DNA from: the human T2T-CHM13v2.0 reference genome, Homo sapiens
Assembly: GCF_009914755.1 (NCBI RefSeq)
Contig: NC_060926.1
DNA length: 64,000 nt
Strand: one strand, 5' to 3'
A model generated the notes under the pieces. The model searched no databases. It was not told where the DNA came from and saw only the letters and a program-made list of their open reading frames with translations. Position numbers and translations under genes: made by a program. Positions 27,901 to 43,899 of the stretch are shown here, piece after piece; position 1 is the first letter of the stretch; each line of letters opens with the position of its first letter.

Positions 27901-28529
27901 GATACCTGTATATTTGCAACCTCCTAAAAAGCTTGGGTCCACATGCAAGTCATCTCTCTCTCTCTTTTTTTCGTTTGCTAAGCTTGTGGCCAGTGTTTTT
28001 AAGATAGTATAGTGTAGAGAGTTTACAGATATGACAAAATCTATTATAATAACTTTTAAAATTTCCTTCCTACATGTAGAATCATGAAACATCTAACAAG
28101 GGCACCTATTTCTGCGCCTGCTGAGCTCCATGGAGTCACCAACTCACAGAGACTTTGCTGTATTTTTACAGTGGCTTCTATTGTTTATCAGAGAAGCAAC
28201 TTTCTGCATTGTTGATATGGAAATCTTCTGAGATTGTTTTAACTAAGATCTCTCAAACAAAATGGAAGGGAGGAAATTTTATTATTGTCCCATTTGGGTA
28301 GTAGCCAGAAAGTAACTAAATATTATTCACATATTAGTTTAACCAAATACTTTGTCAGAGGAGGAGGGAAGGTTAGGAGAATTAGCTTTAAAGAATTTGT
28401 ATCCACACATTTTGTATAGTAACTGTGAATTAAATCTACCGTGTATTTCTCATCATTAAAAAGACCCCATTGATTCTTGTAGTCATGGAACTGTAATAGC
28501 AGTGGCAGGATCATGCATGTGCTCTTGAC

Positions 28530-28650
28530 TACAGTTCTGCAAAAGTTACCATTGGAGGAAACTTGGTAGAGGACACATGTGATGTCCTTGTATTACCTCA
28601 TAATGGCATGTACATTTATAGTTATCTCAAAATAAAAAGCCTAATAAAAA
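28530..28650 (+). mobile_element. L1MC-type 3' terminus
   Basis: gttaccattggaggaaacttggtagagg...ttatctcaaaataaaaag. Confidence 0.7.
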
Positions 28651-30558
28651 TTCTGAAGAAGTAACTTAATTTTCTTTCTTTCCTCATAGGGTATCACATT
28701 TCATGGAAGAAATTATATTTTTAAGTAATGTGCACATATTTAGAAATTCGTGAGGGTTTTTTTGCATGTAGATAATCTATTATAGTATTTATGTTACCAT
28801 TACCATATTGAAATAATTTATAGTATTTACTCTTTCTTATTTGTATATTAACTTTCTAAATTGACACAGATGTGAAGGTAATAAAAACTCTAGAAATTTC
28901 ACATGTGTTCAGAAAACAAGACTTAACGGTGAACATTGGACAAAACCAGCAAGAGAGACCCACAGAGATGAGCCAATATGCTCCAGCTTGCTGGAGTTAG
29001 CAGAGGAGAGGAGAGGATCTTTTAACCAAGCCTCAGCTCTAATCAGGCCTCATGTGGCCAATGGACAGTCTCTCATAGTCTGTGCATCCTTTGAAATTGT
29101 AGGTAGCAATGTTGTATCTCAGTGTTTTTCCTGAGAATGGGCCCATGGTTTCCTCCTGACTCTTAGTGAATGGAAGAACCACCCCCAAGCATCCCTTCCA
29201 GGGCCACACCTGCTTAGAACCCATAGTGGAACCTCTTTGTGTGGCAACGTGAAAAGGATGTGAGGCTGTGCAGCCCAGTTCCTGGCACCACCTCCTGCAC
29301 CTTTCCTGAGATCCACGCGGTGGATGCCCAATAGGGATTCTGAGGCACGATCTACCCCAGGCGGAGGCGTCCTGAAACAGGACTTTCTTCTGCAGAACCC
29401 ACGGCCTCCCTCTCACCCAGCCCTGTCCTCTGCTTTCTGGATGAGAAAGTCTTCTTCGAATGAGTGCTGGCTCCACACCTGTCAGGCTAACTCCAGCCAG
29501 CCTTGGCCTCCAGTAGCACTCCATCGCGAACTAATGATCATACTTCATTCAGGATTTGATTGGCTTAATGATAGAGACTATGTCTTTTCATTGGGATCCT
29601 ATTTAATTATTTGCTTCTCCTATTAGGGTCTTCTGTGGTGTGGAACTTGATCCCCTTTTCTTTCCTGTCCATTTTTGTGTTTTCTAAAATTGTTAATAAC
29701 ATAGCAACAATTGAACTTTAAGTGCCACTTCACAGTTGGCTGAACTCTTTTTTATATATATTTATTTATTATCTTACTCTTGTATACATGTTTTTATTTG
29801 GCTGTCACTGAAAGAAGCAGAGCATGCATTATGCTCTTTTGCAAAAGAGGAAACTGAGGCTCAGAAAGGAGATAGGATGAGCACAGACCGTGCACTCCTG
29901 GCCAGGACTCAAATCCAGCTTTGCTGGTTCAACTAACACACTTTTCATGATACAACACCGTAATGATAAAAAAAAAAAAAGCACATTTATGTATCCCATA
30001 AAGAATGAAAGAATGTTCACCCTCATCCATTCACTTGACCTGTGTGCTGTCCACGTTATCCTCCCTTCAGTGGGAGGAAAAATTAGGCTCCTGGGGTGAG
30101 GAGTCTCCAAAGTCCCAGCCAGTTGCTGGAAGAGCCTGAATCTAGACTTAGGTCTTGTACATCAGTGCTCTTTCCTGGGCCTTGCATAACAGGTATTTTA
30201 GTTTCCCTTTTGAGCTTATTTTGGGGACATTCAGTCTTTAAAAAGTATCCAGAATGGAAATTAGGAGGTCTGGGCTCTGTTCTTATCTCTGCTATTAATA
30301 TGGTGTGATTTAGGGAAAGTTATACAATCTCTCTGATGATCGAGCACAGATATTTATTCTGTGCTTCCAGCTCTTTTTAGAGGTTTCTCTTTGTTCCAAA
30401 GAAAGTGAAACTGCTCTTCCTCAGGTGGGAGGGGGAAGAAGGCCCCTCCCAAGGCCAGCGCACGACCCTCACCCTCCTGCTAGCAGCCTGTCCTGACGCC
30501 ACCACTCAGGAACCTTGGGATTTTATTTTTATTTATTTTATAACTCAAAGGGTATTCT

Positions 30559-31352
<794 letters not shown>

Positions 31353-31860
31353 AAAGCTTCTCCAGATCAAAGGAAATAACCAACAGAGTAAAGAGACAAT
31401 CTGTAGAATGAGAGAAAATATTTGCAAACTATTCATCTGACAAGAGACTAATATCCATTATATGGAAGAAACTCAAACAACTCAACAGCAAAAAACCCTA
31501 ACAATCCAATTAAAAAATGGCAAATGATCGGGACAGACATTTCTCAAAAGATGACATACAAATGGCCAATAAGTGTATGAAAAAATGCTCAACATCACTA
31601 ATTATCAGGGAAATGCAAATCAAAACCACAATGAGATATCACTTCATTCGAGTTAGAATGGTCATTATCAAAAAGACAAAAAAAAACAAATGCTGCTGAA
31701 TGTGCAGAGAAAAGGAAACCATTATGCACTGCCGATGGGAATGCAAATTAGCACAACCATAATGGAAAATAGTATGGAGGTTTCTCAAAAACCTAAAAAT
31801 AGAACTACCATATGATCCAGCAATCCCACTACTGCGTATTTATCCAAAGGGAAAAAAAGA
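31353..31860 (+). mobile_element. L1 ORF2 C-terminal fragment (inverted 5' segment of the same L1)
   Basis: Translates to [35 protein letters not shown], the L1 ORF2p C-terminal motif. Orientation flips at ~31353. Confidence 0.9.
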
Positions 31861-31899
31861 AGAAAAAATCCTTGGATTTATACAGGGAAGGGAACCTTC

Positions 31900-32042
31900 T
31901 GGAAGGCCCACAGATTGCTGGGCTCCACCCCCAAAATTCTGATTCAGCAGGTCTGCAGTGGGATCAGAGATTCTGCATTTTTAAGAAGCTCACAGGGCAT
32001 GCCCACGCTGCAGTCTGCCCACCTTATTTTGGGTAGCAATGT
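31900..32042. mobile_element. MER5A-type hAT-Charlie MITE
   Basis: cagattgctgggctccacccc...ttctgattcagcaggtctg...ttctgcattttt..aagctc, the palindromic MER5 core. Confidence 0.75.
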
Positions 32043-33076
32043 TGTGGAGCACAGTTGGAGAATCTTAATTTGAGAACAGTGTCTTAGTCCCTTTCTACGA
32101 CTACATTTCATTGTTCCATTTTGGGTCACAGACTTCAAAGTTGTGAGCTTGCAGGTGGGGGTATTGCATGTCCCTGCCTGACGTTGAAAACAACCTCTTT
32201 GCAGGTATGTGTGATGGAGGAGTCAGATGAGCTTGGATGAAGCCTCTTGTCACACCTTGATATTTAAGAGTCTAGTTTCCTTCTAATAATAATTTTCAAC
32301 ATCCGTGTGCCATTTACCAATTTATATTAAAGGAATGTTACTATAATACCATTTTGACTCAAACAATTCTCAGGAATAGATTGAACAGATATTCTTATCC
32401 TTATAATTAAGAAAACTGAGGCTCACAGATTCTGCTTTATAGACCCATCTGATGTTTGAATAGGAATCTGTAGTTCACATATTTTTCCCATTTAATCCAT
32501 GCACCAAACATCAATTCTTAATATACTGACAGAATCTCACATAGCTCCATAATTAAAACATCATTTCCTTATCACAATTGACATTACTTTGACCTTCATT
32601 TTTGCTTTTAATACATAAAGGGATAAAATAAAGGGGCTGGGGAAAGAAGAGGGGTCTGGGACACTGAATTTTCTAGTGAATCAAGAGTTCACCGGAAACC
32701 ATATAATCTTTGACTTGGCAAAAACATTTTCTACAAAGTTTGTGTCTGTCTGCCCCCATCCCCACCCACCCACCCTCTAAATCTGAAAATTATAGCTCAA
32801 TCTTTGCACAGAAACGGAGGATCTTGACAGATTTCAGGGTATCCTCAGGAAGAGCAGCATCAAGGTGCAGGCCTGTGCCTGTGGAAGGGGTGGGCCAGGG
32901 CCTTTGCCTACCACACCAACCCATGAGGCAAGCATAGCCTTTTCCTTCTCACCTGCTTCCTCTTTCTAAACTACAGAGCCTTTCTCTAACAGTTGATTTG
33001 GGGTTTCCAATTAGCTACGTTTCTAGTTAAGCAGGATTTTCCTGTTTAATAACTTCTACCTTGGAGGCAAGTGACT

Positions 33077-33132
33077 CACACACACACACACAAACTCACA
33101 CACACACACATGCACACACACACACGCACACA
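33077..33132. repeat. Interrupted (CA)n microsatellite
   Basis: Visible CA runs. Confidence 0.92.
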
Positions 33133-35294
33133 CTCCACATTCCAACCTGAGTATTATAAAACTGCTACAGCTACAATGGATCCCGTCCACACTTTTCAAT
33201 AATTTTTCTCTATAGGGACAGTCGGAGCTTTCCCTGAGTATTCTTTATTCTCATACATGACTTCATTTTCTCCCTTTAATCTTTCCAGCCATAAAAAAAA
33301 GTCTGAAATCTGAGTACTTAAGCATTTTTCCTATAGTATGTCAGCCTCTAAGAGGCATATTATGTTCTGGAAAGTAACGATTTTGTTAGAGAAAAGGAGA
33401 GAGTCCTGCAAATACTTTAATAGGAAAGGAATAATCCTCTGAAATAGCACCTGGAAGCCAGCAAATGGATTGAATGACCTCAGAAAGTACTTTCCATGAT
33501 TGTGTCAAAAAATAAAATCAGGAAGGTAACTTGTTCCTTTTTCAGGGTGGGTACCTTCAGTGTGAGAACCATGATACCATTGTGAATTCATTCAGTTCCA
33601 CATCTGACTCGGTCCTGGCAGGTCAAATGATTCACCAAGCTTGTGCTAACTTCACATTCAAACGTATTTTTGATGGTATTTTCTCCTGGCAGTCTATTGA
33701 CAAGTATATTCCTATGGTGGTTTTACTTTGATTTATAGTGTTATTAATGTTAATGAAGGAAGCAAATAGATGATCACAACATTTATAATTGAATGTCTTT
33801 CTGGCAGCTGTTTTCTACCTATCAGATCTTGGAAGCTATGCTTGGGTAAAAGAGAGATTTCTAATTTTATCAATAAAAACAGATTCAGTATTGACTATTA
33901 TTTATTGTGATAGTTAGAACAGTCCCGAAAAAGCATCTAATCCAACCTCTTAAATTTGCCTTTTACTTAAGGACAAAAATTTTAAGTCCACAGAGTTTGT
34001 GGAAGACCTGGTACAAAAACCCAAATCTACTGACCCTAGTGATGATTGTATGTCTCCTTCTCTAACTCCTACCCCTGCAACACATTGAATCTCATCTTAA
34101 AAATTTTTGGAAACTAGGGGAAAAAAAGGTGCCCATTATTTGTTTCATTTCAACCTCCTTTTGTTAATATGTGTATTTTGCATTCTGTTAATTGTGGTAT
34201 TCATTCATCCCATAACTATTTATTGAAGTTCTGTTATATATCAGGCACAGTGCTAAACACTGAAGAAACAGCAATTAACTCAACCTTGGCCCCAGTGAGA
34301 TGGTAGAACATCAAATGCAACAAATACATAAGCAACAATCGCACAGTTTTGTTTGTTTTGCTTCTTAAGAAGGGCTACAATTGCAGAAAGGGGAGTATTA
34401 TGGAAGGTTTAGGAGGAATAGTGAGGTTACACTTGCAGTATCAGGAAACAGAAGTAAAAAGTAGTATTCATATGCCACGATGTTTTCCTCTCTGCAAAGA
34501 AACGAAGCATCTTAACCTCTATGCAAAGACTGAATGATCTTCCACTCTTTTCAATGAAGAAAAGAAAAAGAACTTTGTAATGAAACATCTTGATTTCAAA
34601 TTCTGGTTCTTCCTTTGTGATTTGGGCCAAATTAACTAACTTCATGGGCTGCAGTATCTGCTTCTGTAAAACTGGGTTGGTACCACACTTTCTTGATTAG
34701 AGAAAGCCATTTATTGTAAGAGACAGCATAGATTTAATAAATAGCTTGTCCAAATAAAGGAATATTTTATAATACACATACACATATATTCAACCAACTA
34801 ACATACTCATAACACTTCTTGCCACTTTCTTCTGTAGCATCACAATCAACATATGAATCTAAACTTTCTTCTCATTTACAGTGATAAGATTCATCAGAAT
34901 TTTTTTATGACAGGAAGTTGTATATTACATCAATAATAATTTTTTATAACCCATGATCATGTTCTTTTCTTTAACAACTTTATGTCAACAATTTAATTTT
35001 GAGTCAAAATGAATATGATGATTTGTCTACATTTCTTTTGAACTTACACTTTCAAGTTTCCTGTTAATAAAATTCTACATTGCTGACAGTTAAACAGCTT
35101 TTTCTTAGTCAACCAATGAAGACTTCTGGTCTCAAAATGAGAATGAACACAAACTGAGCTTTCCCTCTTAAGTACTAAATCCATAGTAATAGTATGAGGA
35201 AAGCCAACACCATTAACAAGAGAAAACAGGCTCGATAAATGAAAGAACTCAAACAAAAGATAAATTTTAACAGTACTTATAAATAAGTAAATCT

Positions 35295-36560
<1,266 letters not shown>

Positions 36561-36834
36561 TTCATTTTTGAGACAAGTACGTCCACACTCTCTCCAGTCC
36601 AAAAATGTCATTGTTATTGGGAACTTTTTCAAACATGGATATCTGGTGCCTGAGAGTTGACTTAAGTTCTCCCAGCACAGAAAGTTCCACGATTTATTCA
36701 GAGATATTTGGCCGTTGCTACATTTAATTGCATTGTTTAGTATGTGACATGCAGCCTTCTGTGTATACCATGCCTTTTTAATAGCAACACTAGAACAAAG
36801 TGTAATATTTTAATGACATTTTAGGTGGCAATTC

Positions 36835-37091
36835 TTTTTCTTTTTGAGATGGAGTCTCGCTCTGTCGCCCAGGATGGAGTGCAGTGGCGCTATCTTGGCT
36901 CACTGCAAGCTCCGCCTCCCGGGTTCACGCCATTCTCTAGCCTCAGCCTCCCGGCTAATATTTTTGTATTTTTAGTAGAGATGGGGTTTCACCGTGTTAG
37001 CCAGGATGGTCTTGAGCTCCTGACCTCGTGGTCCACCCGCCTCGGCCTCCCAAAGTGCTGGGATTACAGGCGTGAGCCACCGCGCCCGGCC
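36835..37091 (-). mobile_element. AluY with ~36-bp internal deletion
   Basis: AluY diagnostics (caagctccgcctcccgggttcacgcc, accgtgttagccaggatgg). cctcagcctcccg runs directly into gctaat. Confidence 0.92.
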
Positions 37092-37479
37092 AAGATGCAC
37101 AACTATTTTAAAGCTGCTACCTGAAGACATGAGCCACAGGGCCCACGAAGCCTCCTACCCAGGGGAGTCATGGAGTCCTTATGGCTGCCACAAAACAATG
37201 CACCACCTGCTGCACAGGGCTCTTCACCCCCAACCCCAGATCTCCGCAAGCATCGCCCCGCCCCCTTTCCTCACTGCTACAGATGTAGGAGTAATAAAAT
37301 TGCATAGGTTTGAGGTTGATGCCAAACAGCTCTAATTGATTCCTTTTTATTTTTAGTCTTGAATCCCACTCAATTGTAAAGTTCACCATGAGGAGAAAAA
37401 GTAATCGGAAATAGGGGGAAATTGCTGTAAACAAAGTACTAATGGGAGGTAAATTAACCTTTTCAGAAAGACTTCCTTC

Positions 37480-37870
37480 GGGCTGTGCTGTGCAGGTCCG
37501 GCAGGAAACAGCATACTCGGGCTACTGAGGAAGCTCTGAGGAACCATTTCCAAGGGAGCAGGCGAGCAAGGCCTGGCAAAGCACCCGTCCAGCAACACTG
37601 AGGAAAGGGCAGCCTGGATCTGGAGCCCAGGGATGGTTGCGGGGAGGGCTGCCCACTAGGGCGTGAGCCCGCAGGCAGCAGGCAGGAGACGCACCGCTTT
37701 CTCTCCCTTGGACCCTTTGCTTTTCTGCCAGGGCCTCAAATAGGCTGAGCCCCCCCGCCCCCGAAGCCTGAAGGCAGGGGAAGAGGTTCCAGGGATCCAC
37801 CCGGGAAGAGTGCGGGCTGGGGAGGAGCACAGGGAAGACGCTCTGCCCCTTCTGCAGGGAGGTTGTACTT
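37480..37870. promoter_or_regulatory. GC/CpG-enriched non-repeat patch, candidate regulatory element
   Basis: Local GC and CpG enrichment, a GC-box-like ccccgccccc at ~37752 and several G-runs, within AT-rich surroundings. Confidence 0.4.
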
Positions 37871-38019
37871 TCACCTCTATTGCTTCTGTTAGTGACATCA
37901 CTTTTCCTTCTTAAAGCTTTATCATGGTTCTAAAGAAGTTTGTTTTATGTAGTCATCTTCATTTGTCTTAACAGTGGAGTATGCTCAGTTATTTATTTAT
38001 TTTATTTTTAGTGTAAACA

Positions 38020-39393
38020 CAGTCACGCGCCACCCAGTGACGTTTTGGTTAACAAGGATCACAGAGACCACAGCGGTCCCACAAGATTATAATGGAGCTG
38101 GCATTACTCATGTGTTTGTGGTGATGCTGGTGTAAACAAACCTACTGTGCTTTTTATTGTTACACTAGAATGTACACTTCTGCTTACATGTATGCGAAAA
38201 GTTAACTCTGAAACAGACCCAGGCAGGTCCTTCAGGAGGTATCCAAAAGAAGGCATTATTATCACAGGAGACGACAGCTCCATGGGTGTTACCGCACCTA
38301 AAGACCTTCCAGTGGGACAAAATGTGCAGGCGGAAGACAGTGATACTGATGATCCGGACCCTGTGCAGGCCTAGGCTAGTGTGTGTGTTTGCGTCTTAGT
38401 TTTTTTGTTTTTGTTTTTTGTTTGTTTGTTTGTTTTGAGACAGAGTCTTGCTCTGTCGCCCAGGCTGGAGTGCAGTGGTGCAATCTCAGCTCACTGCAAC
38501 CTCTCCACTTCCCAGGTTCAACCAATTCTCCTGCCTCAGCCTCCCGAATAGCTGGGACTACACCCCTGGTTAATTTTTGTATTTGTAGTAGAGACGGGGT
38601 TTCTCCATGTTGGCCAGGCTGGTCTCGAGCCCCTGACCTCAGGTGATCCATCCACCTCTGCCTCCCAAAGCGCAGAGATTACAAGCGTGAGCCACTGTGC
38701 CCAACCTTATGTCTTAGTTTTTTACACAAATAGTTAAAAGTAAAAATTAAAAATAAAAATTGTTTAAATAGAAAAAAGCTTATCAGATCAGGTTATAAAG
38801 AAAGAAAATGTTTTTGTACAGCTATACAATGTGGTGGTGCTTTAAGCTAAATGTCATTACAAAGATTCATGAAGTTAAAACAACACAAAAGTTTATAAAG
38901 TGAAAAAGTTACAATATACTAAGGTGAATTTTTTATTGAAGAAAGAAGCAATTTAAAATAAATTAGGTGTCTCCTAAGTGCAGAGTGTCTATAAAGTCTA
39001 CAGGAGTGTGCAGTAATGTTCACTCAGCTCCCACTCAGTGACTCATCCAGAGCAACATCCAATCCTGAAAACTCCATGCATGGTAAATGTCCTAGACAGG
39101 TAGACCATTTCGTATATTTGATACCACATGTTTACTGTACCCTTTCTATCTTTAGATATGTTTAGCTGCACAAATACTCACCTTTGTGTTACAGTTGCCT
39201 GGAGTATTCAGCACACTGACATGCTGTAGAGGTGTTTAGCATAGACATAACAGGCTGCACCATATAGCCCAGGTGTGCAGTAAGCCATACCATCTAGGTG
39301 CATGTCAGTGCTTTGGGGTGGTCTCACAATGACTAACGTACCTAACAAAGCATTTCTTGGAACATATACCCGTCCTTAAGGGAAGTATGACTG
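38020..39393 (+). mobile_element. Tigger3b (Golem-derived TcMar DNA transposon), interrupted by an Alu
   Basis: Termini cagtcacgcgcc...ggtcccacaagattataat and ...cgtccttaagggaagtatgactg (CAGTCA/TGACTG TIRs). Internal caggcaggtccttcaggaggtat...gacagctccatg. Confidence 0.9.
38401..38706 (-). mobile_element. AluS nested in Tigger3b
   Basis: (TTTG)n tail, Alu body with a small internal deletion, TSD GTCTTAGTTTTTT at 38393-38405 and 38711-38723. Confidence 0.92.
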
Positions 39394-39689
39394 CTCAAGA
39401 GGACGTGGGTGAGGAACAAAACGGACATTTTAAGAGCCATCCAGTCCCTGTGCAAAACACACTCACTTATTTATTTCATATAATAACCCTGTGGGACCAA
39501 TATTGGAGTTCCCATTTTATAACTGAAAATGCCCGCAGGTCTCACACACACCTGTGAGGGAGCCAGAAAGAGAATTGCAAAGCCTCTGACTGCAAAGCCT
39601 GTGGGCTTCTCTGTCCACAGCCCTCTGAAATCTCAACGATGAGGTGGCAAGTGCCAAATAACTGGGTTTGTTTGCCTGTTTGACCATTT

Positions 39690-40300
39690 ATATTGTGATC
39701 ATGGTAGAGTTATAGAAGTGCTGCAGAAACAGCATGGAAGTAGTCCTGGGGGCTCCTCACCCAGCCTCCCCTAATGTTAGTGTCTTACATAATCACTGCA
39801 CCATTAGTATAGTGAGAAATTAACCTTAGTACAGTAGCATTTGCTAAACTACAGGTTGTATTTGTATTTCCCCAGTTTCCCACTAGAGTCATTTGTCCTT
39901 CCAAGTTCCAACCCCCAATCCCACCTCACATTTAATGGCCTCTCCCTGGTCTTCATCTTCCATGGCCTAAACTAACACTTTCGAAGAGCACTGGTCATGT
40001 ATTTTGCAGTATGTTACTCGATTTGGCTTCGCCTGATATTTTCCTGTGGTTAACTTGAGACCGTGCTGTATTGAGAAGGACACTGCAGCCATGATGGGCC
40101 ATTCACAGGGCATCTTATGGGGGCACATGATATCAATATGACTTATGACTTTTTAGTAACCTTGAGCACCTGGTTAAAGTGCTGTCTGTTGGGTTTCCCC
40201 ACTGTGAAGTTTCTATTTTTCCCTTTTAATTAATACTTATTTGTTTTGGCAGCTATGCAACAATCCTGCTTTTGATTAAATTTTCACTTACTAAAAATAT
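39690..40300 (-). mobile_element. L1MC-type 3' UTR fragment
   Basis: cacccagcctcccctaatgttagtgtcttacataa..., aaccttgagcacctggttaaagtg...ccccactgtgaagtt are L1MC4-like motifs. Confidence 0.75.
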
Positions 40301-40341
40301 GAAAATAATACCATATCTAATACCATATCTGGTTTGTGGGT

Positions 40342-40687
40342 TGTATGAGATTGCTAGGGTTGTCAGAACAAAATACCACAGACTGGATGGCCTAAACAAC
40401 AGAAATTTATTTTCTCATTTTTCTGGAGGCTAAAAGTTCAAGATCAAGGTTTGCTGTGTCCTCACGGTTTTTCTCCTCTGTGCTTGCATCCCTGATATCT
40501 TTCCTGGTGTCTAAATTTCCTTTTCTTCTAAAGACATGGATCACATTGGATTAGGGCTCATTCCAATGGCGTCATTTTAACTTAATCACCTGTTTAAATG
40601 CATTGTCTCCAAACGCAGTCACATTCTGATGTTCTGGGATGTACTTCAACACATAAATTTGAAAGGGACACAATTCACCCCATAAAA
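40342..40687 (-). mobile_element. MLT1 (A/B/C-like) MaLR solo LTR
   Basis: aacaaaataccacagactggatggcctaaacaacagaaatttatt...ctggaggct...aagatcaaggt...gacacaattcacccc. Confidence 0.85.
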
Positions 40688-42129
40688 TGTGTGTGTGTGT
40701 GTGTATTTGCATGCATATATGTAGTCAAAATGCAATAAAATACATGTCAAATGTAAACAACAAATTCAGAATAATGGTGACCCATGGCAGGCAGTAAGGG
40801 AGAGAAACAGAATTAGGTATGGTTAAACCATAGCCTTCAACTTGATCGGTAATGTATTATTTCCTGATCTGAGCATGGGATACACTGGCTTTTATAACAT
40901 TTAGTTTTGTAACGTTTGGAATGTCTGGAATGGGTCTTAATAAATGGCTAGCGATCTTTTAAACAGACATTAAAAAGGAGACTACTGGGCTCAAGGGGAA
41001 AAAGTAACAGAATTTTTTTTCCAAAATTGAATTTTTGACAGAGATGCTCCTATTTTGGAAGGTTAAACTTTAGTCGAAACACTTCTGAAATCCCATATAT
41101 GAAAGATAGACCAGCAGACAAGTACTGAGCAGATAGGCTGTCAGAATTAAAGAGCACAATTCAAATTCTCCTTAGGAAGTCAGGCTAGGCTCCTAAATCT
41201 TTGTAGTCAGCGCTCTTGGTCTGATAGCACGCTTTGACTGCCAGCCCCAGCAGGACACCAGGGACCGTTAGGTTCTAAGGCTTTTAAAAATTCCTGGGTC
41301 TGAGGAGAGTTCGCCTCTGTTGAGATCCTAAATGCAGGCAGGAAGTTGGCCGTGCAGCGTGGATATGGGATGGAAGTAGGACCTGTCAGGCAGCTCCTGG
41401 ACTGGCAAAACCTGGTTAAACAACACATTTGGCTTCCCCCCCGACAGCTCTTGTCCCAGTCATTTCTGTGCCTAATCATTTGTTTAGACTCTGCCATCTC
41501 TTCTACAGCTTACTCTGTAGAAATCCCAATAAATGACCATGTGGATAATGAGATATGGGCTAGAGTTTGTGCAGATACATGGAGTCTGTGGTGTGTATGC
41601 GTGTGTGTATTTCTGTGTGTGTATTTACCACCATCAAACATAGCACATCTGCACTCTATTAGATGTTACCAATGATAAAATGATAGGTAAGAGTATATGT
41701 GCATATTGTACTTTGGGGATTAGACGGGGATGGATTTCTCATTTGAGAGCCATACAAAACAGGTGTTGAAAAGTAAAGCTTCACTTGGACGATACCGTTG
41801 ATTCTCCAGCCCAAATCCACATTTCTGGCTTCTTCTACCATCCCATATTGACATTTTTACATCTTCTTCCCTCTGCTCTCACTGACTGTCCTGGCTGTGG
41901 CATGAGCCCACAGGCTGCCATATTCTTTGTGCCTTAAATGTTCTTATCTTCCCTCCATTATTTGCATCCTTTTTTAAATTCAAAGTGCAAACCTAAGTCT
42001 GCTTTCTCTAACAGGCTTTTCAGACCGCCTACTTCCTCGTTTTTTATGAGCTCCCATGAAGAATTGTGTAATGAGCTCTCTGTTGCTTCTGTCCTTCTGC
42101 CTTGGATTACAGTTAATTGTTATGTGGCT

Positions 42130-42650
42130 GCAATTCATAAAACAACCCTCGATGAAGCACCTACTCTCCACCTGTTAGGTGCTGAGGAGAGAGTGGTAAT
42201 CAAAATCCTTGCTTTTGAGGAGTTTGCAGTCTGATAAGCAAGATAGAAAAAAATAAACAGAAATAAGTAATAATGCAATGGGATATGAGGGAATCTAGTA
42301 AGTGCCTTAGGAAGACAATTAAAGCTGGGACCAATTTACTAAGAAGCATTGGGAGAACTTCACTTGAAAAATGGCAACTAAGCTGACAAAAGAAAAAGAA
42401 TGAGTATGTTATGTGCTGGGAAGAGACCATCTTGGTCGTGAGGCAGGATGCCTGGTGGCTGCAGAGCACAAAAGACCATGGTGTATTGGCATGGCTGAGG
42501 CCTGAGAGGTGAGAATGTGGGGTTATATAAGCAGTGAGGTTCAAGCATCAGGCAGGCATCGCCTCATGGAGGGACATATAAGCCAAGACAGGGTGCTTAC
42601 ATGACTTTCTATGTGCAACGAGTGTTTGAATTTCCCCCAAATTGGGAATT
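42130..42650 (-). mobile_element. L2 fragment
   Basis: aagcacctact...ttaggtgctgagga...aatccttgcttttgaggagtttgcagtctga, an antisense L2 end. Confidence 0.6.
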
Positions 42651-42819
42651 GAGCAAATGTGGACACCATACACCAACTGGCCTCCTGATAGGAACACACT
42701 CCACTCACACAGAAGCATAAGATAAATAATATACTGTAAAACAGCTTAACAAACATTAAGGCAGAAGAGAAAGCTGTGAGAATTCAAAGCCGACGTGAGG
42801 AGCAGGCGTTCCTTGGGGT

Positions 42820-43610
<791 letters not shown>

Positions 43611-43899
43611 TGGGGCTACCAAGAGAGGTATGGCCCTAATAGGGTATTAATGCTCACATACAGATATAGAGTTGAAGCCAAAAACTTTGGTCATAGTGGA
43701 GTGCTAGTACTGTACTCTCTGCATAAAGCTTTCAGGAATATGCTACCATGATAAGTGAAATGGGATGTGAAAATCTAGTTCCCTAGTTCAACTCTCTTCT
43801 CAGACCCTTAGCCCTTCAAGAAAAGAATGGAAAGAAACAGTTACATGAAATATATTAAAACATGAAACATATGCCTTACAGGTACATAGACCTTGGATT

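Noticed and set aside
31517-31699. ORF with L1 ORF2p similarity
   Set aside because: Fragment of a dead, truncated L1; reported as a mobile element.
33531-33625. Possible exon after the acceptor ttgttcctttttcag (similar acceptors at ~21984, 23522, 48272, 52502)
   Set aside because: Isolated splice-like signals are common, and there is no convincing donor pairing, consistent frame or recognisable product.
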